Assembly: GCA_041178425.1 (NCBI GenBank)
Contig: JBEGVH010000030.1
Coordinates: 1-64,000 of the forward strand
DNA length: 64,000 nucleotides
DNA from: Pseudomonadota bacterium
GTDB lineage: Bacteria > Bdellovibrionota > Bdellovibrionia > Bdellovibrionales > Bdellovibrionaceae
Direction: 5' to 3'
Shown: one piece after another, positions 20,196 to 29,661 of the stretch
How the letters are laid out: each line of letters opens with the position of its first letter
How positions within the stretch are numbered: position 1 is the first letter of the stretch
Made by a program: the position numbers and the translations under genes
The notes under the pieces: generated by a model
Database searches by the model: none
Told to the model about the DNA's origin: nothing
The model's input: the letters and a program-made list of their open reading frames with translations, nothing else

Positions 20196-21191
20196 ATGAG
20201 AAAATTAATCGAAGCAATGCAAAGGAAAAAGATGTCCCTTGTAATAGGCCTCCTTATTTTTACAGTGATCTCAACCGTGCTATTGAGTACGAGAATGCTA
20301 AAACCTTTAAAAAAAACCTCATTGGAAAATCCGATTCCAGGGTCGATTTCTGAAATTGTAACCTACCTCGAGAGTTCAGAGAGGTTTAGCAAACCCAAAC
20401 CCGGCACCGAGAAAAAAATCTTTTTTCCCAATAACCAAATAGATAAGGCAAAACTAAGCTTTGTTTATCTTCATGGCTTTTCGGCATCGAGGCAAGAGAC
20501 TTCTCCCGTTTTTGAAACCCTCGCAAGACAATGGAAAGCACCCATTTTTATGACTCGCTTTCGTGGCCACGGAATGGGGCCGCAGGATTTAGGTGATGCT
20601 CGCCAAGAACAGTGGATTCAAGATGCTTTGGAGGCCTACCAGATCGGATTGACTCTCGGTGACGAGGTTGTTTTGGCATGCATGTCGACAGGTTGCGCTC
20701 TTGGACTTTACTTGGGATATTTTTTCCCAAATAAAATAAGAGCGATTATCATGCTGAGTCCCAATTTTGCTCCTGCAGACTCTCGGGCCTTTCTCGCGGC
20801 GGGGCCCCTGGGGCCTTTAGTGACTAAGATGGTGGTCGGCGACTACCACGAATTCGTTCCTACCAATAGTGAACAAGCCTACTATTGGACAAACCGATAC
20901 GGATCAGCAGTCCTCAGCGAGATGATTTCACTTGTAACTTCGATCAAAAATTTGGACCTCGAAAAGATTCAGATTCCTGTGCTCACCCTCTACACCCCCT
21001 TCGACCAAGTCATTAGCGCACCAGAGGTTGAAAGAAATGTTGCTCGATTGAAATCGCCACACAATAAACTTGTTCCCTTAATCGAAACTCAAGAACATGT
21101 GATTGCGGGTAATATTTTGAACCCTAAAATGAATGATCGTGTGCAAAAAGAAATTAATGATTTTCTTGTGGCTATCTTAGAAAGGAAGTAG
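20196..21191 (+). CDS. Alpha/beta hydrolase with N-terminal membrane anchor
   Basis: YLHGFSAS oxyanion region, nucleophile elbow CMSTG, DQVI and HVIAG catalytic Asp/His. Confidence 0.8.
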   Translation: MRKLIEAMQRKKMSLVIGLLIFTVISTVLLSTRMLKPLKKTSLENPIPGSISEIVTYLESSERFSKPKPGTEKKIFFPNNQIDKAKLSFVYLHGFSASRQETSPVFETLARQWKAPIFMTRFRGHGMGPQDLGDARQEQWIQDALEAYQIGLTLGDEVVLACMSTGCALGLYLGYFFPNKIRAIIMLSPNFAPADSRAFLAAGPLGPLVTKMVVGDYHEFVPTNSEQAYYWTNRYGSAVLSEMISLVTSIKNLDLEKIQIPVLTLYTPFDQVISAPEVERNVARLKSPHNKLVPLIETQEHVIAGNILNPKMNDRVQKEINDFLVAILERK

Positions 21192-21209
21192 TCGGTGAAT
21201 CTCTTTTTT

Positions 21210-21584
21210 TCAGGCGGTCTTACTGAGTAGTTGACCTTTTTCTTTATCTTTAACAGCTATCAGGCTCCACAGTTCTTTTTCTGCGATTCTCCTGATCACT
21301 TTACCATTTGGCTCTTTAAGTAAAACAAACCGTTTACCCTCTGTCACATACTCGACAACCTCAAGATTATTTTCTTTCACAGCTTGAAGCTTTCGTAAAT
21401 GTTCTAGAGCCAATTTATACTGTTCATCGCTCATCGGCGGATGCTGCTCGCCACCATCACTAAAGGCAGCCTGCCCGTTACCCTCACGGTCAGTCGTTTT
21501 ATCAGAGCTGATCGACCTTTCAACCTTCTCCCGGCCTTGAACCGGGGGAAGGTTTACGGGTTTGCCAATGCCTTTTAGATCCAT
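21210..21584 (-). CDS. flaG: FlaG-like flagellar protein
   Basis: Immediately downstream of flagellin; C-terminal GKVIRRI...GQLLSKTA resembles FlaG (GEVIRQIP...GLLLD); has its own sigma28-like promoter. Confidence 0.6.
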   Translation of the reverse strand: MDLKGIGKPVNLPPVQGREKVERSISSDKTTDREGNGQAAFSDGGEQHPPMSDEQYKLALEHLRKLQAVKENNLEVVEYVTEGKRFVLLKEPNGKVIRRIAEKELWSLIAVKDKEKGQLLSKTA

Positions 21585-21591
21585 GGGTGGT

Positions 21592-21618
21592 TTATCGGAT
21601 CTATGGGTTCAAAACTTA
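21592..21618 (-). promoter_or_regulatory. Sigma28 (FliA)-type promoter of the flaG-like gene
   Basis: Minus strand TAAG-N15-TCCGATAA, 7 nt before the ATG. Confidence 0.7.
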
Positions 21619-21624
21619 ATTAAA

Positions 21625-22458
21625 TTAACCTATTAATTTTAATGCCAACTGTGGAGCGCTATTGGCCTGGGCCAATGTGCCCACCGAAGCATTGAGTAAG
21701 ATATTATTCTTAGTCAGATCAGCAGAGGCTTGCGCCAAGTCAGTATCTCTGATTCGAGAATTCGCTGCTGTGATATTCTCAAAGCTTACGTTTAAGTTAT
21801 CGACCGTGGATGTTAGTCGGTTTTGCAAAGCTCCGAGATTTGAACGATAACTATTGGCTCGAAGTTGTGCTTCATCGATCACTTGAAGAGCTTTTTGCGC
21901 CCCCTGTTTTGATGAAAAATCGATATCATCTATACCAAGACTTGCAACTGTGGCGTCGGTATTAGAAGCGTCGTAACTGATGCGGTCAAGCTTGTCGTCG
22001 TTAAAAATTCCCACCTGAAAATCAAGCGTTTTACCCGTGCCATCAAGAAGATTGGTTCCACTGTATTGAGTTGTTTTTGAGATACGATCGGCTTCTGATA
22101 CAAGTTGCTGTACCTCGCCATTGATAAAGCCTCTCTCTCGTTCTCCAACTGTGTCTGAAGAGGCTTGGATTCCAAGTTCACGAAGCCGAACCATGATGTT
22201 AGAGATCTCATTGAGACCACCTTCGGCCACTTGAATCATCGAAATACCATCGTTACTATTTCGAATGGCTTGCTGATAGCTTCTGCCACTTGATTTCAAA
22301 CTTTCACTGATACTTAATCCTGCAGCATCATCCGCTGCTTTAGTAATTCGGCTACCGCTCGATAATTGCGCGAAGCTCTTTTGAATGTCTCTTTGCGCTC
22401 CGGCCATTGATCTTTGCGCATTAATTGAAGCGACGTTTGTTGATACTCTCATTCCCAT
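21625..22458 (-). CDS. fliC: Flagellin (short, 277 aa)
   Basis: LSSGSRITKAADDAAGLSIS, QVAEGGLNEI, RSNLGALQNRL, SRIRDTD; almost no variable central domain. Confidence 0.97.
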   Translation of the reverse strand: MGMRVSTNVASINAQRSMAGAQRDIQKSFAQLSSGSRITKAADDAAGLSISESLKSSGRSYQQAIRNSNDGISMIQVAEGGLNEISNIMVRLRELGIQASSDTVGERERGFINGEVQQLVSEADRISKTTQYSGTNLLDGTGKTLDFQVGIFNDDKLDRISYDASNTDATVASLGIDDIDFSSKQGAQKALQVIDEAQLRANSYRSNLGALQNRLTSTVDNLNVSFENITAANSRIRDTDLAQASADLTKNNILLNASVGTLAQANSAPQLALKLIG

Positions 22459-22461
22459 GGT

Positions 22462-22477
22462 GACCTCCCTATTGGTC
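22462..22477 (-). promoter_or_regulatory. Hairpin over the fliC RBS with GGA in the loop (candidate CsrA site)
   Basis: Minus strand GACC-AATAGGGA-GGTC, 3 nt upstream of the start codon. Confidence 0.5.
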
Positions 22478-22562
22478 TTTTTTTTAAGAGCTAGGCCAGT
22501 ACCCTTCTGACTTTTGCCCTTGTTGGCATTTCGCTGAGACCATCTCAGCTTGGCTGGTATAT

Positions 22563-22589
22563 CAATCGGCGAGGTCTAAGTTTCCTTTA
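22563..22589 (-). promoter_or_regulatory. Sigma28 (FliA) promoter of fliC
   Basis: Minus strand TAAA-N15-GCCGATTG. Confidence 0.8.
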
Positions 22590-22970
22590 GTCTTGGAAAC
22601 GAAATCTAGACGTAGATCAGATACAATCTCGACCAATGACGGAGCTTTCTGGCTCTAAGAACAGTGAATTTCAAGACCATCGTCATAAAGTTCAGGACCT
22701 CCGACAAGCCGACCAATAGAGGCTTTCTTTGGTCGGAGACAGGTCTGTACAGACTCGATCAGCCGTTGGATTTGGAGTTTTTAAAATTCCCCTCGTTCGT
22801 CTGGTACTATACAGACGAGCCGATAGCCTGAAAGACCTTGCTACAGTTGATTTCAGGACTTATGCGTAGGCCATATTATTAACGCAGACTTTTTTTGAAT
22901 TCGTAATACAATCTAGTTAAGTGCCACGGATGAAAGGCACATTCAACGAAGCGGTCAGGAGGACTACTTC

Positions 22971-24350
22971 ATGCCAGCAATACGAATTTCGGGTATGGCT
23001 TCTGGGCTGCCACCAAATATCGTTGAGACGATTTTAGAGGCCGAAAGAATTCCTATCAAAACGCAAGAAGTTGCAAAAGATAAAGTGCAGGCAAAGCTGA
23101 AGCTCGTTCAGGATCTTGAAACGAAATTCACTGACATCGATAAATCCCTCGGAGAACTCGTTAACACTAAAGGCTTCATGAACAATAAACTTACCAGTGG
23201 CGATCCCAATGTTGTCACAGGTACGACTGATCCAGAAAATCCTACCACCGGCTCTTGGAATATCGAGGTCATGCAACTCCCGCAAAAGGCGGCAGCCATC
23301 ACCAACGGTTTTCCTGATAGAGATACAACCGAGGTGGGCGTTGGCTACCTTAAATTCGAAACACCCGACGGACCAAAAGACGTTTATATCAGCGGAAAAA
23401 ATTCAACACTCGATGGTGTTGTCAAAGCAATCAACGGAGCCAACGTAGGCGTTCGCGCTTCAGTCATCACCGACCGTACCGACAAACAAAACCCATTTAA
23501 ACTTATGATCACCGGCCTTGCCACTGGCGACGAAAAACAGGTTAGCTTTCCGACCGTTTATATGCTCGATGGCGACCAAGATCTTCTTTTCGAGCAAACT
23601 AAAGACGCACTTAATGGTAAAGTAAAAATTGATGGGTTCGAGTTTGAAGTCACTGAGAACACAATAAAGGATCTTATCCCCGGTGTAACCCTAGAACTTA
23701 AGCAAGCTTCCCCTGGCAGAGAAATTACCATCAATGTAAAAGAAGACTATGATGTGATCGTGGGTCGAGTGGACGAATTCGTAAAAGCCACGAATGGGGT
23801 TTTAACGTTTATTCAACAACAAAACGCTCTCAATGAAAAATCAGATACTACTAAGACTCTTGGTGGCGATGGAATTTTAAGGTCAATTGAATCACGCTTG
23901 AGAAATCTAGCTCAGGCTCCAATGATGGGAGTGAATGGCTCTGTCAAAAGGCTCAGTGATATCGGCATTGCCTTTCAAAGAAATGGCGGTCTCCAATTAG
24001 ACAAAAAGAAGCTCGACTCAATTCTAAGTAGAAATGCAAGAGATGTCGGAGCTTTCTTAGCCGGTGATGGCTTTACGACGGGATTTATCCCTACCCTCAA
24101 AAGGGAAATTTCTTCTTTTACGAATCAGGCCTACGGCCCATTGGCTAACCGTAAAAAGGGCCTACAGACCAAAATAGACAGCATCAATAAATCAATCGAA
24201 AACAAAGAGCGAGCCCTCTCCAGACGCGAAGAGACTCTTCGTCGACAGTTCGCTAGCCTCGAAGAAAAAATGACCAAACTCCAGCAGCAGGGCGCCGCGA
24301 TCGGGGCTATGGGCGGAGGCGGGGCCGCAATGCCTAAGCTAGGACCTTAA
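22971..24350 (+). CDS. fliD: Flagellar filament cap protein
   Basis: ISGMASGLP...AERIP N-terminus; LIPGVTLEL, LSDIGI; C-terminal LRRQFASLE. Confidence 0.93.
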   Translation: MPAIRISGMASGLPPNIVETILEAERIPIKTQEVAKDKVQAKLKLVQDLETKFTDIDKSLGELVNTKGFMNNKLTSGDPNVVTGTTDPENPTTGSWNIEVMQLPQKAAAITNGFPDRDTTEVGVGYLKFETPDGPKDVYISGKNSTLDGVVKAINGANVGVRASVITDRTDKQNPFKLMITGLATGDEKQVSFPTVYMLDGDQDLLFEQTKDALNGKVKIDGFEFEVTENTIKDLIPGVTLELKQASPGREITINVKEDYDVIVGRVDEFVKATNGVLTFIQQQNALNEKSDTTKTLGGDGILRSIESRLRNLAQAPMMGVNGSVKRLSDIGIAFQRNGGLQLDKKKLDSILSRNARDVGAFLAGDGFTTGFIPTLKREISSFTNQAYGPLANRKKGLQTKIDSINKSIENKERALSRREETLRRQFASLEEKMTKLQQQGAAIGAMGGGGAAMPKLGP

Positions 24351-24437
24351 TGCCCATGACTTTCTGATAAAAAAAACTCCTAGCCTTGTCCAATAAAACA
24401 ATGAATTAGAAAATAATGAAAGAAGGAGAAAACCTTA

Positions 24438-24845
24438 ATGAAAAACGCATATCAAAAATATAAGACCACGGCCGTTGTTAGTGCCAGCAGAGAAAAAATC
24501 CTCCTCATGCTCTATGAAGGTGCTATAAAATTTGTAAAGCGAGCTATCAAAGCCATCGAAGAAAAAAATATTGCCGAACGCGGTATTAACATTGGCAGGG
24601 CCTGTGATATTGTGATGGAACTCAACAACACGCTTGATCATAAGGTGGGGGGCGATATCAGTAAAAATCTTGAGCAACTTTACAATTTCGTCACCGACCA
24701 GCTCACAAACGCCAATATTACCGGAGACCCCAAGCATCTTCATGATGCTCTCAAAATATTAGAGACTTTGAATGAAGGCTGGATACAGGCCGTAGAACAA
24801 CTAAAAAAGAACGAAGGCCCAACACTTCGCCCTTCGAAACCTTGA
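24438..24845 (+). CDS. fliS: Flagellin chaperone FliS
   Basis: AYQKY, LLMLYEGAI, IVMELNNTLD, NLEQLYNF, LNEGW. Confidence 0.95.
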   Translation: MKNAYQKYKTTAVVSASREKILLMLYEGAIKFVKRAIKAIEEKNIAERGINIGRACDIVMELNNTLDHKVGGDISKNLEQLYNFVTDQLTNANITGDPKHLHDALKILETLNEGWIQAVEQLKKNEGPTLRPSKP

Positions 24846-24855
24846 GGCGATTCCA

Positions 24856-25281
24856 ATGACACACTTAATAGAGCTTTATGGCGAAAAAAAGCATTTTCTT
24901 ACCAAATTTAGCCAACTCAATTCAAAAGAGCTTTCGAACTTTGCCGAAGGCAACTTTGATGGGATTGAGTCCTTCTATTATAAAAGAGAAAAAATTCTAG
25001 AGATCATTCAGAGCCTCGAAGAAAAGATTGAGCTCATTCACCTACGCACGACACCATCGAAAACAATGAACCAGACCGAAAAAATGATGGCCGAGTCTCT
25101 GCTCGCCGACATTAACAAATTAACTCAAACCATCATCAAACAGGACATGGATAGCTTGTCACTGATTGAGGCGGCAAAGAGTGCAATTATTCGTGAGTTG
25201 CAACTCATTAAGAAAAACAAGAAAAGCGTTTCTAGTTATAAGACTAAAGTAGATCACCACCAAATTGACGAAGAGATATAG
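24856..25281 (+). CDS. Helical flagellar protein (FliT/FlgN-like)
   Basis: All-helical 141 aa directly after fliS, the usual fliT position; sequence similarity is weak. Confidence 0.5.
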   Translation: MTHLIELYGEKKHFLTKFSQLNSKELSNFAEGNFDGIESFYYKREKILEIIQSLEEKIELIHLRTTPSKTMNQTEKMMAESLLADINKLTQTIIKQDMDSLSLIEAAKSAIIRELQLIKKNKKSVSSYKTKVDHHQIDEEI

Positions 25282-25376
25282 CTCTCTTGGCGGCGTCGTC
25301 AATTAACTGACGAAATAAAACCCGCCAAATCTACTTTACTTCACCAATATGCCCCCCTTCAGGACTAGTGGCTCGA

Positions 25377-25392
25377 TGGCATCTCAATTGCT
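25377..25392 (+). promoter_or_regulatory. Sigma54-type promoter
   Basis: TGGCATCTCAATTGCT (GG-N10-GC), 35 nt upstream of the TPR gene. Confidence 0.6.
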
Positions 25393-25427
25393 TAAACAAG
25401 AATTGATGATTTAATCGGGAGAAAATA

Positions 25428-26306
25428 ATGGAACTTACTAGTCTTGAGTCTGCGAGCGATATTTTATTAAAGAATAAAGAGATTAAGCTCGCAAATGCTG
25501 TTTCGACAAAAGGTCTACAATTAGATAATCATAATCATAAAATGATTTATAATTTAGGCCTCGGATCGCTTGAATTAGGTCAATACAAGGAAGCGAAACA
25601 ATGTTTCCATGAACTTTTAAAAACAGAGATCCGATTTGAAACTAACTATTACTTCGCCAAAGCCTGCGAAGGATTGAATGAAAGTGAAAACGCGAGAGAG
25701 GCCTACCTCGATGCAATCCTTTTACCGTCATCAAACCTCAGTCTCCTCTTTGAAGCCTACAAGAATCTTGGAAACCTCTACTTAAAAGAAAAAAACTTCG
25801 ACATGGCCGAAGATTTTTATCACAAGGCTTATTCACTCTGTCCTGACTCTGCTGTTCTCTTGGTTAATCTCGGAACCCTCGAGATGCAAAGAGAGGCCTT
25901 CAGCCAAGCCATTGAAAAGTATCGAAAAGCTTTACAGGTTGATCCACGACATGCACCGGCCTGGGTTGGAATGGCTTTGGTCTATCAAAGTTTTGGCGAG
26001 TTTGATCTCAGTTGGGCGAGCCTCCTCAAATCACTCGATCATGATTCTGAGAATCAAATGGCTCTATTATTACTTGCAAAACTAAGCCTTAAACAAGAGG
26101 CCGCGCCATTGGCGGTTGAGCGGCTGATGAACCACTTTGATAAAGGTCATTTTGATTCTCAGTTGAGTCTCGCCTTTATTGAATTGTGTATCCAATCGAA
26201 TCGATTTAACCTTGCCCGTTTAGAAGTGGAAAGAGCACTTCTTTGGGAGCCAAACCAATCTGACATCCTAAAATTTGAAAAGGCTCTCTCGGATCATGGC
26301 TACTAA
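25428..26306 (+). CDS. Tetratricopeptide repeat protein
   Basis: Repeated TPR motifs (AYKNLGNLY, LLVNLGTLE, AWVGMALVY). Confidence 0.85.
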   Translation: MELTSLESASDILLKNKEIKLANAVSTKGLQLDNHNHKMIYNLGLGSLELGQYKEAKQCFHELLKTEIRFETNYYFAKACEGLNESENAREAYLDAILLPSSNLSLLFEAYKNLGNLYLKEKNFDMAEDFYHKAYSLCPDSAVLLVNLGTLEMQREAFSQAIEKYRKALQVDPRHAPAWVGMALVYQSFGEFDLSWASLLKSLDHDSENQMALLLLAKLSLKQEAAPLAVERLMNHFDKGHFDSQLSLAFIELCIQSNRFNLARLEVERALLWEPNQSDILKFEKALSDHGY

Positions 26307-26724
26307 TCAGCTTAACTCATTAGACGCGTTCGATACCTGGTTACACAACAGCCGAAGCCTCTTAAAAAGGGCTTCTGAGGCTGTTTTTATTGGCTATGGA
26401 GATAATATCCAGTTAAATAACCTCTTAGAATTATACCCTCACCTCGAAATCACAATCGTCGATCCAGAGAGTGAATCAAAGCTTACGTCCGCCTCGCCGC
26501 TTTCAGCGAGAATAAAATATGTAAAAACAGAGATCGGACTCGAAACACTAAAAAAGCACCTCTCGATGACCAAGGATCCCGTTCCTGTCTTTTGCTTTAA
26601 AGAGTCTTGGCGTGGCAAAGAAACTTATTTTTTAAAAACCCAAAGATTTTTGTTAGGACTTGATGACATGTCGCTATGGGCACAAAAGCCAGCCCATTTT
26701 ATTCTTGGGAGCTTGTTCGTATGA
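26296..26724 (+). CDS. Hypothetical protein with a Rossmann-like segment similar to the N-terminal domain of Maf flagellin-glycosylation proteins
   Basis: AVFIGYGDNIQLNNLLELYPHLEITIVDPE; overlaps both neighbouring genes; family assignment is tentative. Confidence 0.55.
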   Translation: MATNQLNSLDAFDTWLHNSRSLLKRASEAVFIGYGDNIQLNNLLELYPHLEITIVDPESESKLTSASPLSARIKYVKTEIGLETLKKHLSMTKDPVPVFCFKESWRGKETYFLKTQRFLLGLDDMSLWAQKPAHFILGSLFV

Positions 26725-27884
26725 AAACACTCGCCATCTCACTTTTAAGGCTCGGCGATCTTTTTTGTCATGCCCATGTGTTGAAGGCTCTCTCCGAACA
26801 AAGAAACGAATCTATCACTCTTCTCACGCATCCTTTTTACCAACAGGTTGAATTTCTCTTTCCCTTTGTTGAGGAGGCAGTTCTTTTTAAACGAGAACAA
26901 TGTCAATACTCCATTGGTGAAAATTACTACAATAAAATATGGCCCTTTGAGCATATTGCTTCTCTCCTTAATGATTTAAACAAAGAGTCGTTCACCACGA
27001 TTGCTGATCTTACCCAAACAGAGACAAGTGCCCGTTGGCTCACCTATTTGAGGGGCCAAAACAAAATTGGCGTTCAATATGATGTGAGCCTAAGAAAAAA
27101 AGAGTTTTGTTCCGATAATATTTTTATTAAATATCTACACTCGAATAAATCTTCAGAACGAAATTTTATTGATATCTTCAAACGAAGCTTAGGACTTCAT
27201 CTTACCGCATTACCTCAATCTGAAAACTCTCGAGAACAATTGGTTGTTTTTCAAACGCTCACCAGCGACCCCAAAAAGAATTGGCCTTTAGAATCGTGGC
27301 GGAAAGTGATCGTAGAAACTGCGAATCAACTTTCTGAGTTTCGCCTCATCATTCTGTCGAGCCCTAGCGAAGAAAAGATTCTCAAAGCGGCTTTTCAAGG
27401 ACTCCCCCTCAATTGCGAAATTGCCACAACAGATCTCCGCGAAACATATAATCTTCTTAAGTCTGCAAGCCTCTTGGTATCTGGAGATACAGCTATCAAA
27501 CATTTAGGCACTATCACCAAAACCCCTATCATTGAAATTGCCGTGGGCAGCAGTAACCCTCGCGAGACGGGTGCATATCAAGAGGGTGCCTGGATTATTG
27601 AGGGAAGTTCACCCTGCAGTCCTTGTCGTCACTCGAGTCAATGTTCTCAACCAGGTTTTCTATGTCATTCAACGATCTCACCGGAGCTCGTTACAAATGC
27701 GATTATCAATCGGCTCAGCAGCAACAATTCTCATGCTCTAAAACGCGATCAAAACTTATTTTTAGAAAAAATAAAAACTGTTCATCAAAACCATGAAGGC
27801 TGGTGGACTCTCAAACCATTAATTGAAAAAAGCGAGGAACGATATGCAGGAAGACGTAAAGAACCAGATCAGATTATTAGTTAA
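26721..27884 (+). CDS. Glycosyltransferase family 9 protein
   Basis: LLRLGDL, KNWP, LLVSGDTAIKHLG, ETGAY and the CSPC...C...C cluster; ATGA overlap at the start. Confidence 0.85.
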   Translation: MKTLAISLLRLGDLFCHAHVLKALSEQRNESITLLTHPFYQQVEFLFPFVEEAVLFKREQCQYSIGENYYNKIWPFEHIASLLNDLNKESFTTIADLTQTETSARWLTYLRGQNKIGVQYDVSLRKKEFCSDNIFIKYLHSNKSSERNFIDIFKRSLGLHLTALPQSENSREQLVVFQTLTSDPKKNWPLESWRKVIVETANQLSEFRLIILSSPSEEKILKAAFQGLPLNCEIATTDLRETYNLLKSASLLVSGDTAIKHLGTITKTPIIEIAVGSSNPRETGAYQEGAWIIEGSSPCSPCRHSSQCSQPGFLCHSTISPELVTNAIINRLSSNNSHALKRDQNLFLEKIKTVHQNHEGWWTLKPLIEKSEERYAGRRKEPDQIIS

Positions 27885-28017
27885 ACAAATTGAACGTCTA
27901 GCCGATGAAAGTCAGACCAATGAGGGCTATACGGTTAAAACGTCGCGCCTTCGCCTTCTCACTGAAATTGTTAAAGAACAAACAGAAGCAAATGAAATTA
28001 TTCGCAAGATAGACTAA
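27844..28017 (+). CDS. Small helical hypothetical protein (57 aa)
   Basis: ATG preceded by GAGGA; amphipathic helical sequence; overlaps the 3' end of the first GT9 gene. Confidence 0.5.
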   Translation: MQEDVKNQIRLLVKQIERLADESQTNEGYTVKTSRLRLLTEIVKEQTEANEIIRKID

Positions 28018-28197
28018 GGCCCGGCAAATCCAGCCTCGACTAGCCTTGGGGCCTGCAGCTCCAATCCGAGGCCTTGGTTTAGTTCTATGCCTATCGCTTA
28101 ATCCAGGTTGTTAGTAACTCTGGGCCAATGCCTATAATGTTCACTAGGACAATAAATCCAGCTCTGCTCTTTCACGAAAAAAAGACAGGAGGTCTAC

Positions 28198-29661
28198 GTG
28201 AAAATTCTAGTGATACAACTAGCCCGACTTGGCGACATTCTTATGACCTGGCCCCAAGTAAGGGCCCTCAAAGAGTTACACCCATCGGCCCAGATTGATC
28301 TTTTGGTTCGACCCAAATTTAAAAGTGCCACAAAAGGACTGACGGAACTCAATCGAGTTATTGATTTTCCGGTGGCGAACATTTTTGAACCTTTGTTCGA
28401 CGAACCCATTCGTCTCACCGAAAGCCTCGACTGTATCGAAAACCTCATCAATGAACTCAAGGCCGAAAAATACGACTGGGTTGTTAATAGCACTCTCTCC
28501 CCTGCCTCGAGCTACCTCACACACGCAATACAAACTCCTGAAACTACGGTCATCGGATACACCAGAACAGACGATGGGTATCTAACTATTCCCGACGATG
28601 TCAGCGCCTATATTTATGCCCAAGTTGGTATCGATCGAGACAACCGTATTCATCTTGCAGACCTTTTTACCTTGATGGTCGGGGCTCAGCCATCAACGGA
28701 GCATTGGAAGACTGAGGTTAAGGACGCGTCTCCGATTGCGCAAGAAAACTATATAGTTCTTCATGTTGGCGCGAGTCGCGCAGATAAAAAGCTATCAGCC
28801 TTTAAGTGGCGAACGTTTATTACCCACTTTCAAAAGATCAATGACACGCCTGTCATTCTTATCGGTTCTGAAGAGGAGACCAAAGACTCCAGCTTTATCG
28901 CGCTTGGCTTCGATGAAAACAAGGTTATAGACTTAACTGGAAAAATATCGTTCGAAGAGCTCTTCCCACTGATTAAAAACGCCAAAGCCTATTTGGGTTG
29001 CGACTCGGCACCACTTCATATTGCAAGCCTCGTAGGAACTCCGTCACTCAACATCAGCCTCATCACAGTAAATTTTTGGGAAACGGGCCCTAAAGCCCCA
29101 GGCAGTCGCGTTCTTTTTGCCGAGACAGAAGCAGACATCCCCTCCGAAACAATTGCCGTTGAACTTATTCAGATCCTGAATGGTGCAGAAGCCGACGAAA
29201 AATCTATTGTTGTTCAAAATAGCTCACCCAGTTACAAGGCACCCAAAAACACCCGCAATTCTGACTGGATTTGGAGTTATATGAAAGCTCTCTACATGGG
29301 CAGCGAATGGCCAATGCTCGAGACGTCGACTCAACGTCAGGGTCTTAAAAATCTCTTTGATGTTAACCAACTCATTATCGATCAACTTCAAACTATTCGA
29401 AAAACAAAAAATATTGAAGCTGTTGCCGGAATAGTGGCCCGTTGTGAAGAGGTGATTGATAGCATTGGCAACCTTGTTCCCGAATTTCAGCCCTTAATTC
29501 GCTGGTACCAAACGCAAAAATCACTCATTGGTCCGGGCGCACCCTCGGCCATTATCGATGCCACCGAGAAGGTGCATATCGACTTTGACTCAATTATTCA
29601 ATTTTGGATTAGCACCGATTACAAACCCACGGAGGAACTAAATGAGCCACCTCAGCCTTAA
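28198..29661 (+). CDS. Glycosyltransferase family 9 protein with C-terminal helical extension
   Basis: MKILVIQLARLGDIL, HVGAS, DLTGK, GCDSAPLHIAS, ETGP. Confidence 0.88.
   Translation: MKILVIQLARLGDILMTWPQVRALKELHPSAQIDLLVRPKFKSATKGLTELNRVIDFPVANIFEPLFDEPIRLTESLDCIENLINELKAEKYDWVVNSTLSPASSYLTHAIQTPETTVIGYTRTDDGYLTIPDDVSAYIYAQVGIDRDNRIHLADLFTLMVGAQPSTEHWKTEVKDASPIAQENYIVLHVGASRADKKLSAFKWRTFITHFQKINDTPVILIGSEEETKDSSFIALGFDENKVIDLTGKISFEELFPLIKNAKAYLGCDSAPLHIASLVGTPSLNISLITVNFWETGPKAPGSRVLFAETEADIPSETIAVELIQILNGAEADEKSIVVQNSSPSYKAPKNTRNSDWIWSYMKALYMGSEWPMLETSTQRQGLKNLFDVNQLIIDQLQTIRKTKNIEAVAGIVARCEEVIDSIGNLVPEFQPLIRWYQTQKSLIGPGAPSAIIDATEKVHIDFDSIIQFWISTDYKPTEELNEPPQP

Noticed and set aside
27823..28017. 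Frameshifted C-terminus of the first GT9 gene
   Set aside because: The small ORF has its own GAGGA RBS and ATG at 27844, and the GT9 domain looks complete, so a separate gene is simpler.
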